Notes: generated by a model not told the origin, from the letters alone. A stretch of 64,000 bases of DNA from Cyanophora paradoxa CCMP329 (GCA_004431415.1 QPMI01000232.1:42802-106801); one strand, 5' to 3'. Numbered from the stretch's first letter, positions 23,702 to 37,708 are shown. Made by a program: numbers and translations.

Positions 23702-26700
23702 ATGGAGCCCGACCCCGGAGAACGCGCCCGCCTCCTGGCGCGGTTCATCCCGGCGTCGGTGGCCCGAGCAGCAGCGGAGGGGCCGCTGGAGGTGCCGGGG
23801 GGTCATACGTTTCGCTGTGCACTTCTGTTCAGGTGCGTTTCAAATCGTGATCGCTTGCGCTTCAGCCCCTGCGCTGCCCCTGGCCTCCAGGATACCCAAT
23901 CGACGCCCCACGCCCCGCTGACAACTGCGCAGCGACGTCTCTGGCTTCGTAGCGCTCATGCAGAAGTACACGAGCGCCCACGATAAGCTCGGGGTGGAGA
24001 TCATGAACAGGCGAGCGCTGGGACGCGGAACGCGGGACCCTCGGAGGCTAACGCTCGCCCGCGATCGATCCGCGCAGGCACCTCAACGCGTACCTCGGGA
24101 AGCAGATCGACATCATTCTCGAGCACGGGGGCGACCTCGTGTCGTTCCACGGGGACGCCATACTCGTGCGCTCGCGCCGCTGCCCAGCACCGCTGCGTCG
24201 CCGCCGCCTCCGCCGCTGACGCCGGCGCAGGCGATATGGCGTAGCGAAGAGGAGCGATCGGACGGATTCGTCGCTGCCGTGCAACGATGCTGCGCAGCCG
24301 CCGTTGCGCTGCAGGTCCGCCGCGCCTGCGCGCCGCGCCTCCGCGCCCCGCCGCTCCGCCCGCTGAGCGCCGCGGCGCTGCGCGGGGCGCAGGAGCGGGC
24401 TGGCTTCTACGACGCGGACGATGTCCGCTTGCGCGTCCGCGTCGCCGTCGCGGCCGGCCGCTGCATGGACCACGTGACCTCCCTCCCCACCCTTCCCGCC
24501 CCGCGCCGCCCCTCCGACCTTCTCGGCCGCCGGGGCAGTTCTGCGGGCAGCAGGAGTTCCGGGAGGCGGGGGAGGAGCGGCCGATGACGGCGCGGGGCCA
24601 GGCCTCGAAGGCGAAGGGTCAGGTCTTCTACCTGCTGAGCGGCGAGCCCGTCATCGCCCTGGGCCTCCTCTCGGGCCTCGCCAAGCCCGGCGAGGTCCTC
24701 ACCACCCCCGAGACCGCCGAGGCGGCCGCCCGCGTCCTCCTCGTCCGCCCGCACGCCAGCGGCGCCTACTACGTCCAGGGCGTCCGCACCCCGCTCCTCC
24801 CCTACGGCGGGCCCCGCGGCCCCCGCGCCCTCCCGGGCTCCCCCTCCGGGGCGAGCTTCTTTCCACCCTCGCCCCCCGTCTCCATCCCCTCCTTCCCCCG
24901 CGCCCTCTCCGAGCAGGTCGAGCACTTCCTGCCCCAGGTCCGCGTGCCCCCCCCCCCCCCGGCAATGCTCCTTCCATCCGACACGGTACCCCCCCACCCT
25001 CAGGTCGTGCGGGATCGGCTGGACGAGTTCGCGGTGGCCGCGCACGGGGAGGCCCGCGGCCTAGGCGCCGCATGGCTCGCCGAGGTGCCGTACCCCCGTC
25101 CCGACTCGTCCCCCCGCTGCCCCTTGACGGCGTACCCCCGCAGTACCGCTTCGTCTCGGTGATCTTCGTTCGCCTGCTGGGGATCGAGCTCCTCTTCGCG
25201 TCCGGCGCCGCGGGGCCGCACGAGGCAGCGACCCCGGGGGCCACGCAGGGCCCGCCGAGCCTCCCCGGCTCGCCGACGCAGCCGGCGCTCGCCTCGTTCA
25301 ACAGCACGGGTCCGACGGGGCTCTCGGCTCTCGCGCCGCCGGCGCACACGCCCAAGGTCTCTCCCTTGGTGGGGCCGGAGTCGCCGGCCCCGGCCTCGGA
25401 CTCGCGGGGCGGCGGCCTCCTCCGCTTCCTCGTGGGCAAGAAGAGGAGCGTCAACGTCGACCCCGGCGCCCAGTCCCTCCGCTCCATCCCCCCCAGCGAC
25501 GCCGCGAGCGCCGCCGGCGGCTCGCCGCCCTTCGCCGGCGGCGGCCTCGGCGGCTCCACCTGGGTCGCCGACACCCTCGTCCGCCGCCGCGCCGGCGGCG
25601 AGGGCGGTGCCGGCGGCGGCGCCGGCGGCGGCCCCTTCTTCCAGCCGCCGCCCTCGCCCTTCCTCGGCCAGCCGCCGCCCTCGCCGGTCGGCGGGGGCGG
25701 CGGGCTGGCGCGGACGGGCAGCAGCGCGTTCGTGCACGGGCCGGGGGGCACGCTGGGCGTGCCGGCCGAGTCGCGGGACCCGTCGTCGCGCTCGCTGCCG
25801 ACCTCGGACTTCTCGGTGCACTCGCCCTTCGAGTCGCCGGGGCGCGGGAGCCCGCGCCGGCGCGAGCTGCGCGACCGCTCCGTCAGCGAGGCCGAGACCT
25901 TCTTCGACTCGCCGGCCAAGGGCGGCGACGCCGCGGGGCCCCTGCAGCAGCAGCACGGCTCGCCGGCGGCGGCGGGTAAGCCGCCGGGCATCGTGCGGCG
26001 CCTCTTCTCGAGGGCCTTCCGCACGAACAGCGGGGCGAGCGTCGCCTCCGTCGGGACCTCGCGCAGCACGGGGGCCGACACCGTCACCTCCAAGGGCGCC
26101 AACAACAACTCGTCCAAGCGGGCCCCCAAGAAGCGCGGCGGCGGCGGCGGCAGCGAAGAGGAGTCCGCGGGGGCGCAGAGCCCGCCCCCGGACCGGCCCT
26201 CGCTGCGCATCCGCCTGCCCCCGCCGACGGCGCCGACGCCGACGCCGGCGGCGACGGCGGCGGCGGAGGGCCAGCGGCGGCGGGAGGAGCGGGAGCGGGA
26301 GCGGGCCGAGCGGCAGCAGCGCGAGGCGGCGCGCGTGCGGGAGCTGCTGCAGGCGGCGGGGGCCCCCGCAGGGGCCGGCGGCCTCGACCCCGCGCAGGTC
26401 CGCCCCGCCCCGCCCCGCCCCGCCCCGCCCCGCCCCGCCCCGCCCCGCCCCGCCCCGCAAAGTGAAGCCCTGACCGGGGAGCGTTCCTCCTCGCCAGGTG
26501 CGGGAGCGGGGGCGAACGCTCCTCCACCGGGGCATCTGCGCCATGCAGGGTGCGCCCTCCCAACACCCTGCCCCCACACCCCCGAAACCGAGCCCCTTAC
26601 CCCCCGCAGGGGTCATCTACAAGTACGACGGCTTCATTCGGCAGGTGACCTTCGAGGACAAGGTAGCTCCCGCGCCCGCCCGCCACCCTCCCATCCGTCG

Positions 26701-29700
26701 GAGCGCGCCGCGGGCTGAGGGCGGGGGCAGGGCTGCGCCATGATCGCGGCATTCGGGGTGCCGCCGGCGCACGGCCCCGACGACGCGTACCGCGCGACGC
26801 TGGCCGCCCTCGCCATCCGCGACTCCCTCGCCGACCTCGGCGTACAGGTCCGCCCCGCCCCGCTCTGCCTGCCTGCCTGCCTGCTGGGTCGGCCGGGCTG
26901 AAGGGACGGCGGGGCGCAGGCGTCGATCGCGGTGACGACGGGCTTCGCGTTCATGTCCGTCGTGGGCAACGAGCAGCGCTCCGACTTCTCCATCCTCGGC
27001 GACGTCGTGCGCCGCCCCCGCCGTCCCGCCCCGCCGTCCCCCCTCTCCAGCCCAGAGGCCGGCACCTCTCTCCCCTGCCCCTCTCCCGCCTCGAAGCCTC
27101 GCCGCCGGCGCCGCCCCTCGAGCTCGCTGGCGCCCCTCGCGCCCCTCACGCCCCGGGGCGCGCAGGTGAACAGCTGCGCGCGGCTGATGATGCTCTCGGG
27201 GGACTACCCCGACCTCGTCTGCGACGCCCGCACCCAGCAGGTCAGAGCAGATCAAATTTGATCCGATCGGATCGGATGAGGTCCGCCTGATCCGCCCGGT
27301 CCGCCCGGCCGCGCAGGCGGTGGGCGCGCGCTGCGACTTCGCGTCGCTGGGCTCGGTCGCGCTCAAGGGCGTCGCGGCGCCCGTGCCCGTCTTCCGGCCC
27401 CTGCGCGCCGCCCAGCGCCGCAAGGGCTCCGTCCTCTCCCCGACCTCCCCCGCCCTCGCCGCGCCCCTCGGCGAGCGCCGCCCCTCCGTCTCCCTCTCCG
27501 TCGAGATCCCGGACCCCGGCCCTGGCCCGGAGGCCAGCTTCGTGTCCCGCAGCCCCCTCCCCGACCCCCTCTCGGCCATGGCGGCCGCCTCGCCGCTCCT
27601 GGCGCCCCTCTCGCCGTCCCGGGCGGGGCCGCAGCCCTCCCTGCGCTTCGCCCTGCCGGACCCCGGGGAGGAGAAGCCGGCGGGGGAGAAGGTGAAGAAG
27701 AGCGGGGCCGGCGAGGACGAGGAAGGAGAGGAGGCGGCGGTCGAGCCCATCGTGCCCCCCGACGAGGTGCGCGCGCGCGCGGTACTCCTTTGCCCTCCGC
27801 GGTACCCCCGCGAGCGAGCGGGCGGGCGGCGGGGCAGGTGGTGGGGCGCGACCGCGAGCTGCGGGCGCTGCTGGGCCACGTGGAAGCGCTGGCGGCGGAG
27901 GTGGCGGCCGAGGCCGAGGCGCGCCCCGCCGACCGCTCGGGGACGACGAGCCCGGGGGCGCCCCCCCCTCCGCCCCCAACGGCATCTCCTCCATCATCCA
28001 GTCCCTGGCGGGGCGGCGGGCCCGCCGCCGCCCCGCCCTCCCGCGCGGCCGCCGCGGCGCCACAGGGCGCCCGGAGCCAGTCGTCGCCGGCGCGCACCCC
28101 GGGGCACTCCGAGCCCAACTCGCCCCCGGGGGGCACGCGCGGCGGGGGCGCGCGCCCCGCCCTCCCGCCCCTCCTCACCCTCGCCCCGCGCTCCCTCGAC
28201 TCGACCCTCTCGGACGACGACGCGGGGCCGGGGCCCGAGCCCGGGGCGCACCCGCCCACCGCCCCGCCCGGCGCCGTCGAGCCGCTCCCCGGGGCCCCCG
28301 AGGCGCCCAGCCGGCACCTCCTGCCCCTCATCAACGGCCCCCTCGCCATCGCCACCGTGCCGGCCCAGCCGCCCGGCTACCGCCCCTCCCTCCCCTCAAC
28401 TCCCTCCCCGAGTACACCGGCGGCGGCGGCGGCCGCGGCGAGGCGGCGCTGCCGACGCCGCCGGCGGGGGCCTCGGTCTCGGGCCGGGGCTCGGGGGCCG
28501 TCGTGGGGCACGCGAACAGCGGGGCGCGCACGGTGCGGGGCAACGTGACCTTCCGCGGCAACGTCACGTTCCGTGGGGACGTGCGGGCCGAGGCCCCGGC
28601 CGAGGAGACGACGCCGCACGGGGCCCGCCGCGCCGCGCGCGCCGCCCGCTTCTCCCAGAGCGCCGTGCTGGGCCACGCCCACGCGGAGCGGGCGCCCCCC
28701 ACGCACCCGTTCGTCGTCGTCGTCGAGGGGCAGGCCGGCGCGTCGCCAAGCCCCCCCCCGCCCCTTTCCCTCTCGTCTGAGCGCGGGCGGGGCAGGCGTG
28801 GGGAAGACGTGCGTGGCGGACAAGCTCGTGCAGATGGCCGAGGCCCTCTCCGTGCAGGTCTTCCTCACGGAGGTGTACCCCTCCGCCCGCTCCGCCGCCT
28901 ACAACGGCTGGCGCGAGCTCCTCGAGTACGCCCTCGAGGTGCGCGCGCCCCCTCCCCTACTTCTTCTCCGGCCCTCGCGCGAGCGGGCGGGCCCGCTGCA
29001 GGATCCGGACGTGCGGAAGCGCGTCTATCGCTACGCGCGCGCGCGGTGCGCGCGCCGCGGCCGGCGATCGATGGCCGCCTTTACCGCCCCCTCTGAGTGA
29101 CGGGCGGGGGCAGGACGGGCAACCGCGGCATTCGGAGCGGGGCGCTCAGCTCGAAGACCGTCTCTGTCAACGGCGGCGGCTCCGAGGCCAACGGGCCCGC
29201 CGCCGCCGCCGCCGCCGTCCTCGCCGCCGCCAACGACGAGGACGACGAGGAGAAGTCCGGTGCGTGCGGGGCCCTCGCCCTCGCACGCCCCGCCGCCCGC
29301 CCGCCGACGGCACCGGCCGCGCTGCAGGCGAGGCGGCGCCGGGGGGGCTCTGGGACCAGCTCCTGCTGGACGTCCTCGGAGACGTGCGATCGGACCCGCG
29401 CGGGGCCCTTTCCGCCGCCGCCGCGCCTGACCCGGGAGCGATCAGTCGCAGGGCGGGGCCGGGGTGGGGCCGGGCGTGGCGAGCGGGGCGCAGTCGGAGC
29501 AGGCGTCGTACCGGGAGCGCTCCTCGGGGCGGAGCAAGGTCCCCCTGGGCGAGCTCGGCTCCCGCCACATCGGGAGCCGCTCCGAGCACTCCCACGCCCA
29601 GGCCGGCCTCCGCCCCGCAACTTCCCCTCCTCCTCCTCGCCCCGCTCACCCTCACCCTCCGCCCGCGCAGAGCTTCAAGGGGCGGGGGGCGACGGTGCGG

Positions 29701-32700
29701 ACCCTCTTCCTCGCCATCCTCGCCGAGTGGGCCGCCTCCGGCCTCCCCAAGCTCGTCCTCCTCGAGGGTCCGCCCCACCCCCGCCCCGAGCGAGGGGGAG
29801 AGGGGGAGAAGGGGGAGGAGGGCAGAAGATTAGAGCACCGCCTCGCGGAGGAGACCGCGCTCCGTGGAGAGATCGCGCGGCTGACGCGGCGCGGGGCCGC
29901 CGGCTGGCTCGCAGACTGCCACCTGTTCGACAGCGGGTCGATGCAGCTGCTCGAGGCCCTCCTCCGCGAGTTCCCCGCCCGCCTCATGGTCCGCTCGCCC
30001 GCCCTGCGCCGCCCCGCCCCGCCCCGGACCCCAGATCCCCTCCGTTCCTTTCTGACCTGGCGCGCGCAGCTGGTGTTGACGACGCGGCCGTCGCGGGACT
30101 TCGGGGCGCGCCTCCTCCGCGCCGCCGCCGCCGCCTTCGCCTCCCCGACCCTCGGTGCCTGCCTGCAGCCGCCGCCCCCTCGCCCCCTCGCCCCGTCGAG
30201 CTCACGCGCGGCGGCCTCGGGCAGACTCGGACCCGAAGGCGAAGGAGCGGGAGAAGGAGCTCGCCGCCAAGGCCGTCGTCGTGCGCCCGAAGAGAATGAA
30301 GAAGAAGAAGAAGATTAAGGGCGGGGCGAGGGGGGCGCCCGCCCGCCTCCCCCTCGCCTGACGCCGATCCCGCGCCCGCCCCCGCCCCCGCTCCCGCAGT
30401 CGATCCGGCTGGGGAACCTGGACCGGGAGGCGGGGGCGCGCCTCGTGGCCGCCACCCTCGGCGTCCCGCCCTCCTCCGTCCGGGTGCGCGCGCGAGCGGC
30501 GCGGAGCGGCTGCGAGAGGGGAGAGCCCCCCTCGCCCCTCTCGCCCGCCTCTGAGCGCCCCCTGCCCGGCGACGGCAGCCGACGGACGAGCTCGCGGCGT
30601 TCGTCTTCGAGCGGACGGGGGGCCACCCCTACTTCATCTCCCAGGCCCGCCGCGCCCCCGCCCCGAGCCCTCCGGCGCGAGCGAGCGCCCGAGCTGAGGG
30701 GCCGGCGGGGCGGCAGGTGACGGGGAGCCTCGTCGAGCGGGGCGCCGTCGCCGTCGAAGGGAGCGAGGTCCGCCGCCCTGGGGCCTCCGGCCCTCCGGCG
30801 CGCCCCTCTCGGCCTCGGCGGCCCTCGCTCACGCTCCGGGGCAGGTGCTGCTGCTGGGCGACCTGCGGGCCGTGGGCCTCCCCGACAACGTCCACTCCGT
30901 CATCCGATCGCGCGCCCCGCCCCCGCCCCCGCCCCGGCCCCGGCCCCGCCCTGTTACCCTCTCCTGAGCGCCGCGCCGCGTCGCGTCGCGCAGGCGCATC
31001 GACCGCCTCACGACGGTCCAGCAGATGGTCCTCAAGGTAAGAGGGCAGGGAGGGCGGAGGGGGCGTCCCAGAGGCCGCAGGCGGGCGGGGCGACCGGGCC
31101 CCGCGCGCAGGTGTGCTCGGTGGCGGGGACGGACGTGACCTTCCGCATGCTGGAGCGCCTCCTCCCCGCCAGCACCCGCCTCGAGGGCGCCTCCGGAGAG
31201 GCCCTCCTCCTCGTCCGCCCCGCCCCGCCCCGCCCTCCTTTCTCTCGATCGAAGATTAGAAGACGACGACGATTAGAAGCTAGAGGAAGCCCTTCGGCTC
31301 GGCGCGCCCGCTGACGCTCCGGGGCGCGGCCGCAGGCGCTGGACGAGCTGGTGGATCTGGGCCTGCTGGCGACCATCGCCCTCGGGGGGGGCGCCGCCGC
31401 CGCGGGCGCCTCGCACAGCCACAGCGATGCCGCGCAGCCCGGCACGCGCTCCCACGCCTCGCAGGCCCCAGCGCCAGCGCCGCCGCCCCCAGCAGGTCAG
31501 TGGGCTGAGCATTGGGCTCCTGACGCGCCTGACGCGCGGGGCCGGCCGGCAGCGCCTCGCACTCGCACCACCACGTGAGCGCCCGCAACAGCGCCGCGAG
31601 CGTCGCGGCCGCGCGCGACCCCAGCGGCGTCTACGCCTCGGGCGGGGGCGCCTCGGGGGCCGGGGGGGAGGGGGCGCCCTCGGGGCGCTCGCGGCCGCCC
31701 ATCGCGAGCCGCTCCGTCCGCTTCGGGACCGTCAAGGCCCGCAAGGTCGGTCCTCGCGAAAGACAGGGAAAATGTCCTCTCGCCGGCCCCTGATCCCCCG
31801 GGGCCCGCCCGCCAGGCGACGCGCACGCTCCTCGCGACCAAGAGCCGCATCGCCTCCATGTGCGCCCGGCCGGCCCGGCCCCCCGCCCCGCCCCTCGCCC
31901 CCCCTCGCCGGGGCCGACGGGGCGGGGCGGGGCGGCAGGCCGGACGTGCTCTTTGCGGGGGCGGACGTCGGGCAGCGCGTCTACACCTTCGCCTCCGCCA
32001 CCGTCCAGGAGGTCCGCGGGGGGCGGGGGGCCAGGGGCGAGGGGCGAGGGCGGGGGAGGGGGGCGGGCCCTAGCACGGGGAAAAGGGCGAGACAAGGGAG
32101 CGCCGCGGGTCCTGAAGACTGGAGATGATGATGATGAAGGGGGGAATTCCCCGCCCGCACACCGGGGCGATGCGGGCCGCGGGGACGGGGACGGGGGGCC
32201 CGCGCCGCGCTCTCCCCCTTGAGCCCTCTGACGCGCCCCCCCCCTTAGGTGACGTACGCGGGGATGTCGCTGGAGCTGCGCACCCGCCTCCACCGCAGCG
32301 TCGGCTTCTACCTCGAGGAGGTGCGGGGCCCCCACCCCCGCTCCCCCGGCCTTGCTCTGCTTTGCTGGGGAGGGGGGCCTGAGGCGAGGCCCCGCAGGAG
32401 AACGCGCGGCTGGCGAGCCTCCAGCGGGGGGCCCCGCGGGGCTCGGCGGGGGGCCACGGGGCCCACCACGGGGGCCACCACCGCTCGGGGGCGGCCTCAT
32501 CGGGGGCCCCGACGCGCTCGAACTCGCTGGCGGTACCCGCGCCCTCCTCCATCGCCGAGGGCGGCTCGCCCTACCACCGCCAGGAGCGCGCCGAGGGCGC
32601 CAGCGGGGCGAGCGGGCGGGGCGTCGGGGCGGCGGCGGTGGGGGCGGCGACGACGGACGCGGCGTTGGGGAACCACTTCGCGCGGGGGGGCGTGCCGGGG

Positions 32701-35463
32701 CGGGCCCTCCTCTACTACCTGCGGGCCCTGCAGGCGGCCCTGCGCGAGGGCCTCCTCGCCGAGGCGGTGGCCCTCGGCGAGGCCGCCTCCGAGATCGTGC
32801 ACGGCCTGCCCCAGTTTGCCCACCTCCGCCGCCGCGGCTCCCACTCTTCCTCCTCCTCCTCCTCGGCCGGCGGCAGCATCGCCGGCGGCGGCGAGGCGCA
32901 GGGCCCCGGGAAGGAGGGCGGGAGGCCGTCCTTCTGGGCGCGGCTCTGCGGCGGCGGGTCGCGGGCAGCGGCGGGGGCGGGCGGAGCGGGCGGGGCGGCG
33001 CCCCTCGCAACGGCGCGCAGCGTGGCGGGCGGCGGCGGCGGCGGCGGGGCGGAGAGCGACGCGGCGTCGGCGCTGGGGCGGACGCACTCGCTGGCGACGG
33101 CGCCCTCGGGGCGCACGGAGGCCGGCGAGCGGGCGGCGGCGCAGGCGCGCACGGCGCCGGGCCCCGCGCAGCTGCGCGTCGCGGCCGCCGACGCCCTGCG
33201 GTGCCTGGGCGAGGCGTACCGGGACCGGGCGAGTACGGCCGCGCCGCCGCCGCCTACCGCCGCTCCGTCTCCGTCCTGGGCGTCGTCCTCCCGGCCCGCG
33301 GCCTCGCCCTCTCGCTCGCCCTCCGCCGCGGCCTCCTCGCCGAGTCCTGGCGCCTCTGGCGCACCGGCTCGCTGGCGCGGGCCTCCCAACCGGCCCTGCC
33401 GCCCCCGTCCCTCAACGTGCCCACCCCGGAGCCGCGCCCCGGCCACCCGGGCTCGTCGGCCTACTTCCGGCCCCCCGCGGAGCAGGCCGTGTCGGCCGCC
33501 GCCGACGAGACCCCGGCCCGCAGCGGCGTCCTCTCGTTCACGGTCAGCTTTGCCAGAAGATTCGCGGCGCCGCGGGGGCGCCTGACCGGGCGGGGGCCTC
33601 GCGCGCAGGCCGAGTCGGAGGCGACGGTGCCCTCGCTGCCGGCCATCGTGACGAACCCGTCGCTGCTCGCGCTGGGCGGGCCCCCGCCCTCGCACGCCCG
33701 CGTCGGCTCCCGCGACCCCTCCATCGTCGGCGTCGTCGCCGCGCGCAGCTCCTCCGCCGGCGCCGCGCCGCCGCCGGTGCCGGTGCCGCAGCCGCCGGGC
33801 CCGGCGCTGGGGGAGGGGACGGTGGCGGTGCTGGCGCTGCTGGGCCTCTCCGAGGTCGCCCTGCTCCTCTCCGACGTGCCCCTCGCCAACCTCGCCGCCC
33901 TCGCCGCCGTCAACGCCCACCTCGCCGCGCCGCCCGCCGCCCCCGCCGCCCCTCCCGCCCCGGCCCCCGCCTCGGGGCCGGCCCCCGGGAGGCGCACGTG
34001 GACCTGCCGCTGGCGATGGCGTACGGGGCCGGCGTCTGCGCGCGCCTCGGGCGCTTCCGCCGCAGCGAGGAGCACGCCGCCTTCGTCGAGCGGCGCCTGG
34101 ACGAGGGCGCCGCCGCGCGCCCCGCCCGCTGCGCCCTCGCCCTCGCCGCCTCGTACCACGTCCGGGGCCTCCTCGCGCGCGCCGCCGCCGCCGCCGAGCG
34201 CGGGCGGGGGAGCTCGAGGGGGGCGAGGAGGGCGACGCGACGCTCGTCGTTGGCCTCGAGACGTACGGCGCCGTGGCGACCGTGACGGGCCTCCTCGAGC
34301 CCAACTGCCTCGAGGCGACCCTCGGGTCCTTCGCCGAGGCGCTCGCCGGCCTCCGCGCGCGGCACGGCGAGACGGCGGCCCCGAGTACCTCTCCCTCCCG
34401 ACCCGCGTCGCCCTGCTGCTGCTGCGGGGCGCGGCGGAGGAGGCCGGCGCGCTGCTGGACGCGGCGATCGCGCACTACCCGTCGGTGCGGCGCCTCTTCA
34501 GGGTCCCCGAGCCGCGGCACCGGCGGCCCTCGCTGGGGACGGCCTCGGGTGGCCGGCGGGGGCGCCCTCGCGGCGGCAGTCGCTGGACGGGGCGCGCCGG
34601 CGACGCACCGGCGGCGGGGCTCGGCGGCGGACGCGGAGCTGCCGCTGCCGCCGGCGACGAGCCGGCGCCTCTCGACCCGCAGGCGAACTTCCACGGCGAG
34701 GACTCGCACGCCTCCGACGCCGTCATCCAGGTCCCCTCTTTCTCCTTCTCCTCCCCTTTATTTTCTGAGGGCGGGGCGGGGCAGATGCTGGCCGGCCCGG
34801 CGGCGCGGGCGAGTCTGGAGGCGGGGGACGCCGAGCGCGCCCTCGAGCTCGTCGAGGAGGGGCTCCGCCTCCTCGAGACCCGGGTTCGAGCCCCGCCGGG
34901 GCCCTTTCTTATCATTGGCGCGGCCTGACGGGCGCCTCGCAGGAGTCGCTGCCGGACTACGCGCTCTTTCACGTACGTGACCTGGCGCACGCGGCCCTGG
35001 CCCTCGCCGAGGCCGGCGACTCCGGCTCGCTGCGCCGGCCCGTCCCGGGCCCCGACCTCGTCCGCCGCGCCCTCGCCGCCCTCGAGAAGGCGGCCCGCGC
35101 GGTGGCCCACGGCCCCGCCGCCCTCGCCCTTTTCCAGGGGCGGGCCCTGCTCTGGCGGGGCCGCCGGGGGCGGCGGCGCGGGCGTGGCGGGGCGGCCTCC
35201 GCGCCGCCGAGCGCCACGGCTGCGCGATGGACGCGGCAATGCTCCGCGTCTGCCTCGCCTCGCTCGAGCCGCGCGGCGGCCCGCGGCGCGAGCCGCCCCT
35301 CGCCGCCGCCTGCGCCGCCCTCGAGCGGGTCGGGCTCGTCGCCCCGGCGGCGTGGGCGCGGCGCGTGCAGGCCGGCGCCCCGGCCTTCGGCGCGCCCGAG
35401 GGCCTCGCCGGCGCCGCCAGCGAGGGGCCCGACTCCCGCTCCGTCGACGGCCCCGCCCCCTGA
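23702..35463 (+). CDS. ADCY10: Soluble adenylyl cyclase (ADCY10/sAC)-like protein: two class III cyclase domains + STAND P-loop NTPase + TPR-like region
   Basis: C1: ALLF|SDVSGF...HLNAYLGKQIDIILEHGGDLVSFHGDAIL. C2: YDGFIRQVTFEDK|G...AAFGVPP...TTGFAFMSVVGNEQRSDFSILGDV|VNSCARLM...LKG. NTPase: VVGRDREL, VVVEGQAG|VGKT, DCHLFDSGS, RTGGHPYFI, LPDNVHSVIRS|RIDRL, RTRLHRSVG. Confidence 0.9.
26399..26457. repeat. (CCCCG)n pentanucleotide repeat in an intron
   Basis: About 11 tandem CCCCG units. Shorter runs at ~19374-19403 and ~48170-48210. Confidence 0.9.
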
Positions 35464-36084
35464 GCCCCCCGCCCCGCCGCCTCCCTTTCATTCAGAGTGC
35501 CTCGGGCCAGAATAGGGCTCTCTTAACGCCGATTTCTCCCTTTTCGAGTGTCCCGAGTTCGAATTTAGGGCGAGCGCTGCCTGGCGCCCTCTGCTTCGGG
35601 GCGCCAGCCGCTGAGCCGCTCTGCCGTAGTATTTGCAGAGCATGCCTTTCTTCTGCGTCGTATAAAATATGCGTGGCCTGCGTTCGCGGCCCGCTTAGTG
35701 GACTCGTCGTCCAGATTATTTTCGCCGCTTGCTTAGTTGACTCGGTTGTCCAGGTTATTATTTCAAGCATCCTTTAGTCGATTCCAGATTATTTGGGGTT
35801 TTGAAACTATCAGACTCTTGAAATCATTGACTCTGATATAACTAAAGCTGCAGCTGCCCCCAATCACCGCGGCACGTCGAGGCCCCGAGCTCGAGGCGCA
35901 TATTGCGCGCTGAACTTGTACGTCTGCGCAGTTGCCGAGCTCGCCGAGACCATCGCGAGCCTGCGCACGCATGCACATACACATGGGTCCGGATCAAATG
36001 GATCCTATCGATATCCGGATCCCAAGAATCTTTTAATTTTTTTGCGCATCCATCTCCGCGTCCGGCCCACTTCCTAGTATACGT

Positions 36085-36145
36085 GTATGGCTGCCACGGC
36101 AGCCTTGCTTACAGCAAGCTAAGCACAACATGTCTTGTCATGAAG
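36085..36145 (-). repeat. Split direct repeat B2 (3' terminus of element)
   Basis: Identical to 39903-39963 (GTATGGCTGCCACGG...GTCATGAAG). Confidence 0.95.
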
Positions 36146-36553
36146 TGAAGGTCTAGATTCGCGCTTGCCAAAGCCGCGAAGCTAAGATCATGACTCGCTC
36201 GCTCACAAGAAGGGCAAGCTGCAACTGCGCTCGAGGACATCAGCTAGCGCACGCTGCAGAGTGAGTCTTGCGGACGTAGAATGATTGAACATTAGTGATC
36301 AATTGTTGATCAATTATTCATCAAAAGATATCAATGGTTGGCACTAACAATGGCTTAAAGATGACTGAAGGCATAGTAAACAATGGGCATTGCTAACACA
36401 CATTGAAAGCGGCTAAGCAAAGCCGCTCGAGCGGCTAGGGAACAAGCCGCTCAGCAAGTTACACAGCTTGCCCTCGCTTGTGAGCGAGGGAGACAAGCGC
36501 CGACAGCACAGCAAAGGCGCACAACTGCGAAGCAAGACTCTAAGACTAGACAA

Positions 36554-37553
36554 TCAACTACTGCGCCGAGTACGCGCGACTTGCTGCCGACATGACTGCA
36601 GCGAAGCTGACGGGCCAGCGTAACGAGCACCAGGCCTAGCCATGAGCGCAGCCAAGGGCGGGCGCTCAGCAGAATCGATATAGCGTCGGTAGACCGCTGA
36701 CAACAAAGACCAGCGACCAACCGCTTGAACAAGCTCTTCAGGCACGCCCGCAGCAGCCAGAGCAGTAGCTCCACCGCGACGCAAGCCATGAGGTGTGATA
36801 CCAGTGGCGTCCAAGCCCGCCGCGTCAAATGCGAACCGGAGAACATAGGCCACGGTCTGAGCTGACAGAGAACGAGCTGCGTCCGAAGCTGCCCAAAAAG
36901 AGGTGCGCCCGGATCCGCGAGCGCTAGAGTCCGCAAGTAGGTTCGAAACCAGAACACCGGACAGATGACCGACTCTGGGACGGCGCCCAAGACAACTTGC
37001 GCGCCTTGGCGACGACGATCGGTCTTGGAACCGGCAATGAAGAGCACGACGCGATCCGCGCGGATGGACACATCTTGCCGCCGGAGTGCCACGATTTCGC
37101 CACGCCGCAACAGGCCAAAGAAACCGGTAAGCAACATCACAAGGGCGCGAAGGAGCTTGTTTGAGGGGAACGAGCGTAGGTACGAGCAATCGCCTCCAGG
37201 TGGACGGACGTGACCAATGCAGATTGCTTTGCTGGTTTTCCACAAAGTCGGGCGATTCCTTGCAATGTTTGCAGCACAAGGGGGTGAGCAAATGCAGTAG
37301 TAGGCAACATCCTCTGCCTTGTCTGATGTAGCAGAGCAGAGTGACACTGGTCAATTGCTGAGAGACCGTACTCTTCATCAGCAAGAGCCACCAGCAGTGT
37401 TGCGACGCCAGAAGCTGTTGGTGGCCAGGCTGGAATGCAGTGAACCGCGCAATGGCCTTCATAGAGGACGACCCAGCGGGCGTAGAGGCTTTGGGTTCGC
37501 TCGCTCACAGAGTTTGTTCTGTAGAAAGTGACCCGGTTGAGCAGATCAGCCAT
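36554..37553 (-). pseudogene. Tyrosine recombinase of the retrotransposon, two frameshifts
   Basis: Three frames in succession: N-terminal part (MADLL...HPLVLQTLQGIAR), then GFFGLLRRGEIVAL...SKTD...CPV, then TPHGLRRGGAT...VGRW...YRRYI. The R-K-HxxR-W-Y catalytic set is present. Frameshifts near ~37170 and ~36885. Confidence 0.9.
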
Positions 37554-37708
37554 ACGAGCACCTGCATCACCAGAGTCAAGGGTATGTCAGACTACATTTC
37601 TTCTTCTTCTTTTTAAAGCCCCCACTCAAGCTTTCTATCCCTGTTGCTGGACAAAGTAAGCTGAGCAGAGATGAGCAGGAGTTGAATTCTGCAGCAAGAG
37701 CCTTCAAT

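Noticed and set aside
24699-34928. Very long ORFs (626, 538, 678, 858, 664 aa) as standalone genes
   Set aside because: Stop-poor GC-rich shadow or partial frames of the spliced cyclase gene; R/P/G/A-rich with no domains.
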